A stretch of DNA of 46,990 nt from Burkholderiales bacterium (GTDB taxonomy: Bacteria > Pseudomonadota > Gammaproteobacteria > Burkholderiales > Rhodocyclaceae). The notes under the pieces were generated by a model that had not been told where the DNA came from, did no database searches, and was given only the letters and a program-made list of their open reading frames with translations. How positions within the stretch are numbered: position 1 is the first letter of the stretch; the number at the start of each line of letters is the position of its first letter. Made by a program: the position numbers and the translations under genes. The stretch lies in contig CAXNNH010000001.1 in assembly GCA_964203325.1 (NCBI GenBank), positions 1 through 46,990 of the forward strand, in the 5' to 3' direction. Below are positions 26,665 to 34,906 of the stretch, piece after piece.

Positions 26665-27617
26665 ATCCGCTTGAAAAACTGCTCAAGCTGCGCGACCCGG
26701 AAATCCGCGCCAAGAATCTGCGTGCCCTGCGCTACGCCGCTCGCGGTCTCGCCTGGGACATCCTGCGTCCGGCGCAACCCGATCCGGTCTTTCTGGTCGG
26801 CTGCTCGCGCTCCGGAACCACGGTCACTTACGAAACGCTGGCGGCGGCGCCACAACTGCTCAAGTTTGGCTATGAACTCCCGGATTTCTGGGACAGCCTA
26901 TGGGGACCGCTCAATAACGGCTGGGAGTCCGAAGCCGCCGGCGCTGAACAGGCCATGCCGGAACATCGCGATGCCGCCCTGCGCTTTTTCTATCAGCGTT
27001 TGGGCGCCGGGCGCGTGCTCGACAAAACCTGTATCAACACGCTGCGCCTGCCTTACCTGTACAAGCTGTTTCCTGAGGCTCGCTTCGTCTTCATCCAGCG
27101 TGATGGTCGCGACAACATCAGTTCGATGATCGACGGCTGGCGCCACGGCCGCACTGATGGCGGTTTCGGTCTGGAGAATTTTTTCGGCCCGTTCCCGGAA
27201 CCGGTGGCGATCAATGGCGGTGAATTCGACGAATGGCATTTCTTCCTGCCGCCAGGCTGGCGCGAGTACAACCACGCCAGCCTGGAGGAGGTGTGCGCAT
27301 TCCAGTGGGTTTCCGCTAATCGCCTGGCGCTCGACGCCAAACGCCTGATTCCGGCAGCGCAATGGGTGCATCTGCGTTATGAGGATCTGTTCACCCGGCC
27401 GGTCGAGATGTTCGAGGCCGCATTCGCGCAGCTCGAACTGCCCTTCACGGAGGCGGTCCGCCAGCGTTGCGCCAACCTTCACAAGCGCCCCACCAGTATC
27501 GTCAAGGGTTCGCCGCAACGGCAGAAATGGCGGCAACACAATCCCGAGGCCATTGATCGCATCCTGCCGATGATCCGGCCCCTGATGGAACAGCTCGGCT
27601 ATGACGCGGATGATTGA
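26661..27617 (+). CDS. PAPS-dependent sulfotransferase family protein
   Basis: The 5'-PSB loop is VFLVGCSRSGTTVTYE and the 3'-PB motif is FVFIQRDGRDNISSM. ATGA coupling to the upstream GT2. Confidence 0.8.
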   Translation: MNPLEKLLKLRDPEIRAKNLRALRYAARGLAWDILRPAQPDPVFLVGCSRSGTTVTYETLAAAPQLLKFGYELPDFWDSLWGPLNNGWESEAAGAEQAMPEHRDAALRFFYQRLGAGRVLDKTCINTLRLPYLYKLFPEARFVFIQRDGRDNISSMIDGWRHGRTDGGFGLENFFGPFPEPVAINGGEFDEWHFFLPPGWREYNHASLEEVCAFQWVSANRLALDAKRLIPAAQWVHLRYEDLFTRPVEMFEAAFAQLELPFTEAVRQRCANLHKRPTSIVKGSPQRQKWRQHNPEAIDRILPMIRPLMEQLGYDADD

Positions 27618-28518
27618 CCGTGACCAGACGCCCCCACTGGTTAGCGTGGTCATACCTACCTACAACTCGGCGACCACCTTGCCGCGCACGCTTGCCAGCG
27701 TGCTAGCGCAAACCTGGACACGGTGCGAGATACTGGTAATCGACGATGGCAGCGCAGACACCACGCCAGCGCTGCTAGCCGGTTACGGCGAGCAGTTGCG
27801 CGCTATCCGCCAGGATAATGCCGGGCCGTCCGCCGCTCGTAACCGAGGCCTGCGCGAAGCGCGTGGCGACTATGTGGCGTTTCTCGATGCCGACGATCTT
27901 TGGCTGCCGGAAAAGCTGGAACGCCAGGTTGCTCTGCTGTCCGCGCACCCGGAGCTAGGCTTCTGCTCCACTGCCACGAGTGTGGTCGACCCGGAAGGAT
28001 CCCCTCTGCGTGATTGGCCTTGCCGAAGCGGCGAGGAGCCTCTGCTGGAAACCCTGTTTATGCACAGCGCGGCGGTAAGCGGCTCCACCTCGGGCGTATT
28101 GGCGCGCCGCCAGCTGGTTCTGGACGCAGGCGGCTTCGACGAAAGCCTGCGCGGCTTCGAGGACCCCGATCTGTGGATCCGCCTCGCCGCGCGCACCGGC
28201 TATGCCTGCGTCCCGGAGCGGCTCACTCGCGTGGTGCGGATGCCCGGGAGCGTCAGCGGCAACTTGCCCACGATGTGCGCGGCAACCCTGGCTTCGTTCG
28301 AGAAAAACCGCGACCTGCTGCCACCGGACAAGCGTGGCGCATATTGGCGCGCTGCCTGCGCCGGTGCCCTGGCGGACTATGCCAAGGGAGTTTATCGCCA
28401 GGGGCGGAGCGGCCTGGCGCTGGTCTGGCTGCTGCGTGCCCTGTGGCTGTCGCCATGGCGGCGCGGGCGTCTTCTGCTCGGTTTGCTGTTCGCTGTGCTC
28501 ACGGGGCGCGCGCTGTGA
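27601..28518 (+). CDS. Family 2 glycosyltransferase
   Basis: Motifs VSVVIPTYNSATTLPRTLASVLAQ, LVIDDGSADTT, FLDADDLWLPEKLERQ and EDPDLWIR. The alternative start at 27610 is equally possible. Confidence 0.85.
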   Translation: MTRMIDRDQTPPLVSVVIPTYNSATTLPRTLASVLAQTWTRCEILVIDDGSADTTPALLAGYGEQLRAIRQDNAGPSAARNRGLREARGDYVAFLDADDLWLPEKLERQVALLSAHPELGFCSTATSVVDPEGSPLRDWPCRSGEEPLLETLFMHSAAVSGSTSGVLARRQLVLDAGGFDESLRGFEDPDLWIRLAARTGYACVPERLTRVVRMPGSVSGNLPTMCAATLASFEKNRDLLPPDKRGAYWRAACAGALADYAKGVYRQGRSGLALVWLLRALWLSPWRRGRLLLGLLFAVLTGRAL

Positions 28519-30602
28519 TGAGCGATCAGGCCTTTCTCGTCCTGGCCATACAGGCCAGCAACATCGCCTCGCTGGTGGCGGCCCTGATTACCTTACTGTT
28601 ACTGGGCAAGTCGTTGCGCGATTTCAGCCAGACCGGGCCGCCGTTGGGCCGCGAAGTGCTGCGCCATTACCGTGGCGCGCTGGCGCTCAGCCTGGCCAGA
28701 CTGGGGCTGGCGGCGTTCCTGCTGGCCAACCTGCTTGCCTTGCCCGGCAGCTTTATCTATCTATCCAGTCTGGCCCTGTTCCAGCTACCCTTCCATCCGT
28801 TGGCTGCGGCTGCGGCCGCCCTGGCTTCGCTGGCCTTGCTGCTGCTGTTCCAGTTCTGTCGGGTGCTGCATGATTCGCCGGGCATCATCGTTGCCTCCTC
28901 GCATTACGCGATGCCTCGCTTCTATCCCCTCTGGGAGAAGCTGTCGCCTACTCTGCTTCAGCGCTGGTCGAACTGGGGTAGCGGCATCTATATCGGCTGG
29001 GTGTTGCTGGGAATCGCCGCGCTGTTCTGGCAGGGCGCTGTCTATTCCGCGCTGGCGTTGTTCATGCTGCACGGCCTCGCCTTGCTGTTCTACCAAATCT
29101 GGATCGCGGAGAGTGAGCCACTGCCGCTACCCGCGACGTCCGCTCGAAAGCGGCGCAATCTGCTGATGATCGGCTCCGATACCCTGCGTGCGGATCGCCT
29201 CGGGCTGGCCGGTTATCACCGCGACCTGACTCCCAACCTCGACCGCCTGGCTGCGCGCGGAGTCGCCCTCAGCCATTGTTATGTGCCGTGCGCAAGAACC
29301 GCGCCCAGTCTGCTCTCGCTGTTTACTGGCAGCTGGCCGCATAGCCATGGCGTGCGCGACAACTTTGTCAGCGATAACGACAGCTACCTGACCCAGGCTG
29401 CCCTGCCCGAATTGCTTGCGGCCGCCGGCTACCAGACTGCGGCAGTCGGCGACTGGGCGGCTTCCGATCTGTCCAAGTTCAATTTGGGCTTCCAATCACT
29501 GGATGTGCCGGCGGATCAATGGAACCTGAAATTCCTCCTGCGCCAGGGCCCCAAGGACATCCGTCTGTTTCTTTCCCTGTTCATCGACAACCGTATCGGC
29601 AAATTCTTTCTTGAAGAGATCTATTACCTGGGTGGGGTGCCGCTGACCCGCCAAATCGGACTTCGCTCTCGCCAGATGCTGGAACACCTGGGCTCCGACG
29701 AGCGGCCATTCTTCCTCAATGTGTTCATGGCCAGCACACATCCACCTTTCGCTAGTGAATACCCTTACTACACGATGTATGCCGATCCCGCTTATCGGGG
29801 GCCGTCCAAGTTCGCGATGGCCAAGCTGACCGAGCCGTTCGAGATCATCCGCCGACAGGGCGAGCCGCGTGAGGAATTCGACCTGGAACAGATCATTGAT
29901 CTCTACGACGGCTGTGTGAAGAGTTTTGATGACGAGCTCGGTCGTATCCTCGACTACCTGGATGCAAGTGGGCTGGCTCAGGAGACCCTGGTGGTGGTGT
30001 ACAGCGACCATGGGATGGAATTCTTCGAGCATGAGACCTGGGGCCAGGGCAACTCCGCGATTGGCGATTTTTCGGCGCGTGTTCCGGTTGTCATGGCCGG
30101 ACCGACACTGGCGACGGGATGCCGCCTGGACGGTGTGACCCGCAGCATCGATCTGGCGCCCAGCCTGCTGGAACTCCTGGATCTGCCCATCGCCTCGACG
30201 ATGGAGGGTGTCTCACTTGCGGCGGCCATGCGCGGCGCGCCGTTGCCGGAGCTACCTGCTTTCTACGAAACAGGCATCTGGCTGACGACGTTGCCAGGCA
30301 CGCCACCTGGCCACCTCAGCTATCCGGGCATTCTCGAGTTGCTCGAAGTACCCGATCTGTCTACCGGCACACTGGCGGTTAAGCGCGCCTATCAGGAGGC
30401 GGTGGTCGCCGCCAAGGATCGCATGGTTCGCCTTGGCCACTGGAAGCTAGTCTGCCAGCCACTCGTGAACGGTGAATTGCTGCGTCTCTATAACCTGCGG
30501 ACAGATCCGGAATGCCGCATCGACGTGTCGGAACAGCATCCAGAAATCGCTAGTCGGCTTTGGGGTCTACTCCGGGCGTGGATGGGGTTGCCGCTGGATT
30601 GA
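28518..30602 (+). CDS. Membrane-anchored alkaline-phosphatase-superfamily ('sulfatase-like') hydrolase/transferase
   Basis: Start taken at ATG 28518 (MSDQAFLVLAIQ), overlapping the upstream TGA by 1 nt. About 190 aa form several hydrophobic helices. The catalytic domain follows: LLMIGSDTLRADRLG...TPNLDRLAARGV...CARTAPSLLSLFTG. The nucleophile position aligns to Thr (T-A-P-S-L), not to the C/S-x-P-x-R of formylglycine sulfatases. Confidence 0.75.
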   Translation: MSDQAFLVLAIQASNIASLVAALITLLLLGKSLRDFSQTGPPLGREVLRHYRGALALSLARLGLAAFLLANLLALPGSFIYLSSLALFQLPFHPLAAAAAALASLALLLLFQFCRVLHDSPGIIVASSHYAMPRFYPLWEKLSPTLLQRWSNWGSGIYIGWVLLGIAALFWQGAVYSALALFMLHGLALLFYQIWIAESEPLPLPATSARKRRNLLMIGSDTLRADRLGLAGYHRDLTPNLDRLAARGVALSHCYVPCARTAPSLLSLFTGSWPHSHGVRDNFVSDNDSYLTQAALPELLAAAGYQTAAVGDWAASDLSKFNLGFQSLDVPADQWNLKFLLRQGPKDIRLFLSLFIDNRIGKFFLEEIYYLGGVPLTRQIGLRSRQMLEHLGSDERPFFLNVFMASTHPPFASEYPYYTMYADPAYRGPSKFAMAKLTEPFEIIRRQGEPREEFDLEQIIDLYDGCVKSFDDELGRILDYLDASGLAQETLVVVYSDHGMEFFEHETWGQGNSAIGDFSARVPVVMAGPTLATGCRLDGVTRSIDLAPSLLELLDLPIASTMEGVSLAAAMRGAPLPELPAFYETGIWLTTLPGTPPGHLSYPGILELLEVPDLSTGTLAVKRAYQEAVVAAKDRMVRLGHWKLVCQPLVNGELLRLYNLRTDPECRIDVSEQHPEIASRLWGLLRAWMGLPLD

Positions 30603-31437
30603 CGGGTGGGATGTCGGGACAGAAACGGCAGAACGGATTGGTGCTGGAACCGATCTCGACCTTGATGGGGGCGTATTTGTTGGCGCCTTTTTTCGGGGTT
30701 GCTGGTGCGGCGGTTGATTCCTTAGGTTGCTCGGGTGCATTTGTGATGACCGGCGCCGTGGCTGCTGCAGACGGGGCACCCGTGCTCGGCGCGGGGGTGG
30801 CGGTGGTTTCGGCGGTTGCCGCAACTGGCTTGTCGACTGGTGCGGTTGCGTCGGTTGCATTCGCATTGGGGTAAGGCATTGCGCCACCCAACTCTTTGTA
30901 CATGCGCATCAATCCCTTGTTAGTAGGATTAAATTGCAAGCCGCGGGTCACTGTTTCCAAAGCGTTCTTCTTATCTTTGTTCCTGAGGAAGAATTCGGCC
31001 AGACCGATATACGCCCGGGGGAGACGCGGATTGCCGTTCATCGCCTTGGAATATTCTGCCGCAGCGAGTCCGGTTTTTTTTTGTAGAGAATAGATGACCG
31101 CTTTTTGTAGATAGATTTCCGGTAGCAATGAAAAATCGGGCGACGTGTGCTCAATGACGTAGTCACAGCCGTCCAGGGCTTCGCTGAGGTAGAAATCGAA
31201 ATCCCGCTTATCCTTCTTGCCCATTAATCGATAGGCGTGATTCGTGAAGCGAACACAGTCGCAATAGTGGTGTACGTGCGTCCAGTTTTGGTTTTTTGGC
31301 ACCGCGCGACTGTATATCGTAGCTTCGCACATCTTCCTTTCTTCCTGCGTGGCTGCGTAAAACCCAGAGGCGGACGAAGACGCCAGCACGGAGAGTAGAA
31401 AAAGACTTGTGGCGCGGAAGGCTGCAATAGGCTTCAT
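30550..31437 (-). CDS. Exported TPR-repeat protein with an Ala/Pro/Thr-rich C-terminal tail
   Basis: Start preferred at 31437 (MKPIAAFRATSLFLLSVLASSSASG, signal-like), preceded by GGAGA 7 nt upstream. TPR-like helices are present (AVIYSLQKKTGLAAAEYSKAMNGNPRLPRAYIGLAEFFLRNKDKKNALETVTRGLQFNP). The low-complexity tail is ATAETTATPAPSTGAPSAAATAP. Confidence 0.6.
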   Translation of the reverse strand: MKPIAAFRATSLFLLSVLASSSASGFYAATQEERKMCEATIYSRAVPKNQNWTHVHHYCDCVRFTNHAYRLMGKKDKRDFDFYLSEALDGCDYVIEHTSPDFSLLPEIYLQKAVIYSLQKKTGLAAAEYSKAMNGNPRLPRAYIGLAEFFLRNKDKKNALETVTRGLQFNPTNKGLMRMYKELGGAMPYPNANATDATAPVDKPVAATAETTATPAPSTGAPSAAATAPVITNAPEQPKESTAAPATPKKGANKYAPIKVEIGSSTNPFCRFCPDIPPVNPAATPSTPGVDPKAD

Positions 31438-31472
31438 GGGGGTATCTCCGGAAAGATGGTCTTGATCAAGTC

Positions 31473-32627
31473 TCATACAAGCGAACGGGTTTTGTTCGCC
31501 ACTGAATCCCAGCTGAATTCAGTGCGTGCACGGGCGAGGCCGGCATCGGCCAGTCGCGCCGCAAAAACGGCATCGTTTAAAACAGCGCAAAGGGCAGAGG
31601 TGACTAATTCTTCACGATGGCCGTCAATGCGTAAACCCGTTTCGCCATCCACCACTGCCGCTGCGGTGCCACCGGCATCTCCGGCAATAGCAGGCTTGCC
31701 GCAGGCCGCCGCTTCCAGGAACACCATGCCGAAACCCTCTGTGTCACCGTTGATCTCGCGGTTCGCCATGACAAAAACGTCGCAGGCGTTGTACCAGCGC
31801 GGCAGGTCTTCCGGGCTGACATGGCCGAGCAGATGCAGGCGCTCGGATACGCCCAGTTCTTTCGCTAGTTCAGACAAGTAGTCCCAGTCTTCGCCGATGC
31901 CGATGAGTGCGTAATGAACGTCAATGCTCTGTTTGACCAATTCAGGCAGCGAGCGAATGACCTGGTCGAAACCTTTACGACGCACCAGGCGCCCCACCGA
32001 CAAAATCAGTTTCTGCCCGGTTTGCAGGCCAATGGATTGTTTGAGGTCTTCACATGGCAGGCCAGGGCGGAAGCGTTCGGTCTCGACGCCGGGGTAGATC
32101 AAAGTAATGGTTTCGCGCCGCACGCCAAGCTTGACCATTTCTTCCAGCGTGTATTCGCTGTTGGCGATGTTGGCATCGGCATGCCGGTAAACCCAGAGCA
32201 TGGTGCGGAATTTGCGCCCGCGTCCCCAAGTGGAGAGTTCTTCGCCGTGGCAGTAGACCACCAGCGGCTTACGCAATAGGCGCGCCATGATCCAGGCCAC
32301 CAGGCCTTCAGGCAGCGCGCGGGCACCGTGGACTGCGTCGAATTTGTTGTTGAACGCTACCAGCAGCGATTTGCCGAGCATTTTCAGATACATGCCGAGT
32401 GATTCCGGTTTCAGCCACCAGACCCGTTTGAGCCCGACTCGATGAATGCTGTTGGAGTGGATCCGGTCGATGGCGGCAGCATTGGGCACATCGGCGGTAA
32501 TGATATGCACGCCTTTACCCCCCATCCGGCGATAGACGGCGTCATACCAGACGGTAGTGCCACCTTTCGTGGGCAGGAACAATTCGGAGATGACCAGCAG
32601 ACGGGATAGAGGCGGCGCAGGTTTCAC
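31473..32627 (-). CDS. Family 4 (GT-B) glycosyltransferase
   Basis: LLVISELFLPTKGGT at the N-terminus and TEGFGMVFLEAAACGKPAIAGDAGG (E-x7-E) at the C-terminus. Confidence 0.8.
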   Translation of the reverse strand: MKPAPPLSRLLVISELFLPTKGGTTVWYDAVYRRMGGKGVHIITADVPNAAAIDRIHSNSIHRVGLKRVWWLKPESLGMYLKMLGKSLLVAFNNKFDAVHGARALPEGLVAWIMARLLRKPLVVYCHGEELSTWGRGRKFRTMLWVYRHADANIANSEYTLEEMVKLGVRRETITLIYPGVETERFRPGLPCEDLKQSIGLQTGQKLILSVGRLVRRKGFDQVIRSLPELVKQSIDVHYALIGIGEDWDYLSELAKELGVSERLHLLGHVSPEDLPRWYNACDVFVMANREINGDTEGFGMVFLEAAACGKPAIAGDAGGTAAAVVDGETGLRIDGHREELVTSALCAVLNDAVFAARLADAGLARARTEFSWDSVANKTRSLV

Positions 32628-33811
32628 GGGCGGAGTTCAGATCGAGCAAACAGGTTGAGCAATGGGAGCAGACCGGTCAGGCGCGCCGCCTTGCCAAAAC
32701 GCGGCAGGCAGGCAATACGCCGAAGCCAGATGGTAAACCGGCATCGAGGGTCTTGCTCGATCCAGTTTGCGTCTCCGGTTCTGATCGCGCGCCCGAGTTC
32801 AGCCGGTGAGGCGAAACGCAGATTCGGGAAATCGTGCAGCGCACGGGTAAAGAGATCATCCAGCGCAGCCAATGCGGCGGTCGGATTGCCACCAGCTTCG
32901 GTCAGGAAATTGCTGCGATGGGTTTCCAGCAAGCAGGGGCGGCCCAGTGCGGTTTTACGCGCCAGCGCGGCCAGCGCTTGTTCTGGCCGATGTCCGAATA
33001 CCGGCTCGAAGTAATCGTCGCGCACCAGGTAGATCACATCCCCCGCGCCTCGGTCACCATTCAGCATGGTCTTGTCCTGGCAACCCGGTTTCCCGTCTGC
33101 ATCCCGACAAGTCAGCCTGCGCCCCGGTGTAATAACCACCGCCACCCCCTGGTTCGCCCAAGCCGCCTCAACCCGAGAATCCCAGACAAAAGTAGGCGGC
33201 ACCACCACCAAATCCGTAGCTCCTACATTTAGCGCCTTGAACAACCCCACTTCTTCCGCAACGGCTGCTTGAATTTCCTCAAGCTTATGGGGCTTTGAAG
33301 GGAGATTTGCCGCATTGGTCCAGCGGCTTTGCAGGTGTGACGGAAGCTGTTCCGTGAGTTCGGGTTTATTTAGCCAGATGCGGACTTCAGGTTGCTCGCG
33401 AGCGGCTTCTTGCACGCTATCCGGCCAGAAATGCATCATGCCGTGCAGTTGCACGGCGAAGACGCCTTGCGTTTGGCCACTGAGAATGGAATTCAGAACA
33501 GGAAGCTGATTGGCATCCGCCAACGTCACTTTTCCAGCCATTTCAGGTTTCGGAATGGCCAGAATCAGCGCTAGCGTCATGCATGCCGGGCGTCCGGTTA
33601 CGTCATGATGTCGGTTAAGACAGGCTGCTAATTCAGTCAGCGCGTTGGCCTGCGTGAGCGGGCCGGCGCCCCAGTCATCGCTTTCAACTATCAGAATCGG
33701 CGCTTTGAAGGCGGGTTCACGCCAGAGGGCAAGAAGAGGGCCACGAAAGGCGAGCAACAGGCCAGCAGCTAAAGACAGCCAAGCTAGGACAACAAAGAAG
33801 AGCAGGGTCAT
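32624..33811 (-). CDS. N-terminally membrane-anchored protein, deacetylase/glycoside-hydrolase-fold-like, function unknown
   Basis: One TM segment (LLFFVVLAWLSLAAGLLLAF), then ILIVESDDWG, VQLHGMMHF and LLETHRSNF. The His/Asp-rich motifs are reminiscent of the DUF2334/CE4-like fold. Confidence 0.35.
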   Translation of the reverse strand: MTLLFFVVLAWLSLAAGLLLAFRGPLLALWREPAFKAPILIVESDDWGAGPLTQANALTELAACLNRHHDVTGRPACMTLALILAIPKPEMAGKVTLADANQLPVLNSILSGQTQGVFAVQLHGMMHFWPDSVQEAAREQPEVRIWLNKPELTEQLPSHLQSRWTNAANLPSKPHKLEEIQAAVAEEVGLFKALNVGATDLVVVPPTFVWDSRVEAAWANQGVAVVITPGRRLTCRDADGKPGCQDKTMLNGDRGAGDVIYLVRDDYFEPVFGHRPEQALAALARKTALGRPCLLETHRSNFLTEAGGNPTAALAALDDLFTRALHDFPNLRFASPAELGRAIRTGDANWIEQDPRCRFTIWLRRIACLPRFGKAARLTGLLPLLNLFARSELRP

Positions 33812-33881
33812 GTATCGGGGAATTGTCTGTGAAGCGGCGAATTGGCGATCAGTTTAACAGCGCTCGTTTGGCGCTCCTGCT

Positions 33882-33916
33882 ATGCGCATCATCTGAAAAG
33901 AATGCGCATGTACAAT
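33882..33916 (+). promoter_or_regulatory. Twin ATGCGCAT palindromes abutting a TACAAT -10-like hexamer in the divergent intergenic region
   Basis: ATGCGCAT occurs at 33882-33889 and at 33902-33909, 20 nt apart. TACAAT lies at 33911-33916, about 45 nt upstream of GTG 33962, which has an AAGGGAG Shine-Dalgarno sequence. Confidence 0.25.
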
Positions 33917-33961
33917 CCCGCCGCGCAAAGTCTGGTGTTGTTTCGGTAAGGGAGAAAATTC

Positions 33962-34906
33962 GTGTCCAGCTTGTCCATTGTCATTCCCGTTTACCGTGCG
34001 GAAGAAACCCTGTGCGAGTTGTATCGCCGCTTGGTTGCCGTGTTGGAGACGGAGAGAATCGAGTTCGAGATTCTTTTCGTCGAGGATTGTGGCGGTGATC
34101 GCTCCTGGGAAGTGATTCAGGCTCTTGCCACCGATGACTCGCGTGTGCGCGGGTTTCGCATGTCACGCAACTACGGCCAGCACAGCGCTCTGTTATGCGG
34201 TATCCGCGCGGCCCGGAACGAAATCGTGGTCACTTTGGACGACGATTTGCAGAATCCCCCTGAGGAAATTCCAAAGCTGCTGGCGAAGTTGGCAGAAGGC
34301 TACGACATGGTCTACGGAACCCGTGAGCAGGAGCGCCACGGTTTCCTGCGCGACATGGCTTCGCGTGTCACTAAATGGGCGTTGCAGAGCGCGATGGGCG
34401 CGCAAACGGCTCGTAACGTCAGCGCCATGCGCACCTTTCGCACCGAGTTGCGCGAGGCGTTTGCCGATTACCGAAGTCCCACCGTCAATCTGGATGTCTT
34501 GCTCACCTGGGGCACCACCCGTTTCGGCTCAGTGCGGGTAAAGCATGAAGCGCGTCTGATCGGCGAGTCCGGATACACCCTGCGCAAGCTGATCACCCAT
34601 GCAGTAAACCTGACCACCGGTTTTTCCACTCTGCCGCTTCAGGTCGCCAGCGTCATGGGCTTCATCTTCGCGTTGTTCGGCTTTCTTATCTTGGGCTATG
34701 TGTTGTTCCGCTATGCGCTTTACGGCAGTGTGGTCCCAGGTTTTCCTTTCCTTGCGTCACTTATTGCCATCTTTTCCGGGGTGCAATTATTCGCTCTAGG
34801 CATTATTGGCGAGTATCTGGCGCGCATGCATTTTCGAACCATGGATCGACCGGCCTATTTGGTACGGGAGCAGGTCGGTCAACCCGCAAGGAAATCTGAA
34901 ACATGA
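33962..34906 (+). CDS. Polyprenyl-phosphate glycosyltransferase (GT2, ArnC/GtrB/DPM1-like) with two C-terminal TM helices
   Basis: Segment-by-segment resemblance to remembered E. coli ArnC: SIVIPVYRAEETL, SRNYGQHSAL, TLDDDLQNPPEEIPKLLAKLAEGYDMV, GESGYT and GIIGEYLARMHFRTMDRPAYLV. Confidence 0.85.
   Translation: MSSLSIVIPVYRAEETLCELYRRLVAVLETERIEFEILFVEDCGGDRSWEVIQALATDDSRVRGFRMSRNYGQHSALLCGIRAARNEIVVTLDDDLQNPPEEIPKLLAKLAEGYDMVYGTREQERHGFLRDMASRVTKWALQSAMGAQTARNVSAMRTFRTELREAFADYRSPTVNLDVLLTWGTTRFGSVRVKHEARLIGESGYTLRKLITHAVNLTTGFSTLPLQVASVMGFIFALFGFLILGYVLFRYALYGSVVPGFPFLASLIAIFSGVQLFALGIIGEYLARMHFRTMDRPAYLVREQVGQPARKSET

Noticed and set aside
25733-27653. Minus-strand and alternative-frame ORFs across the GT2/sulfotransferase region (e.g. 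25921-26625, 26898-27653)
   Set aside because: They are GC-rich antisense or off-frame artefacts. The plus-strand frames have GT2 and PAPS-binding motifs.
28014-28517. N-terminal 168-codon extension of the sulfatase-like ORF
   Set aside because: The extension lies in an alternative frame of the upstream GT2 gene and encodes an Arg/Pro/Gly-rich string. The ATG at 28518 overlaps the GT2 stop and starts the hydrophobic membrane domain.
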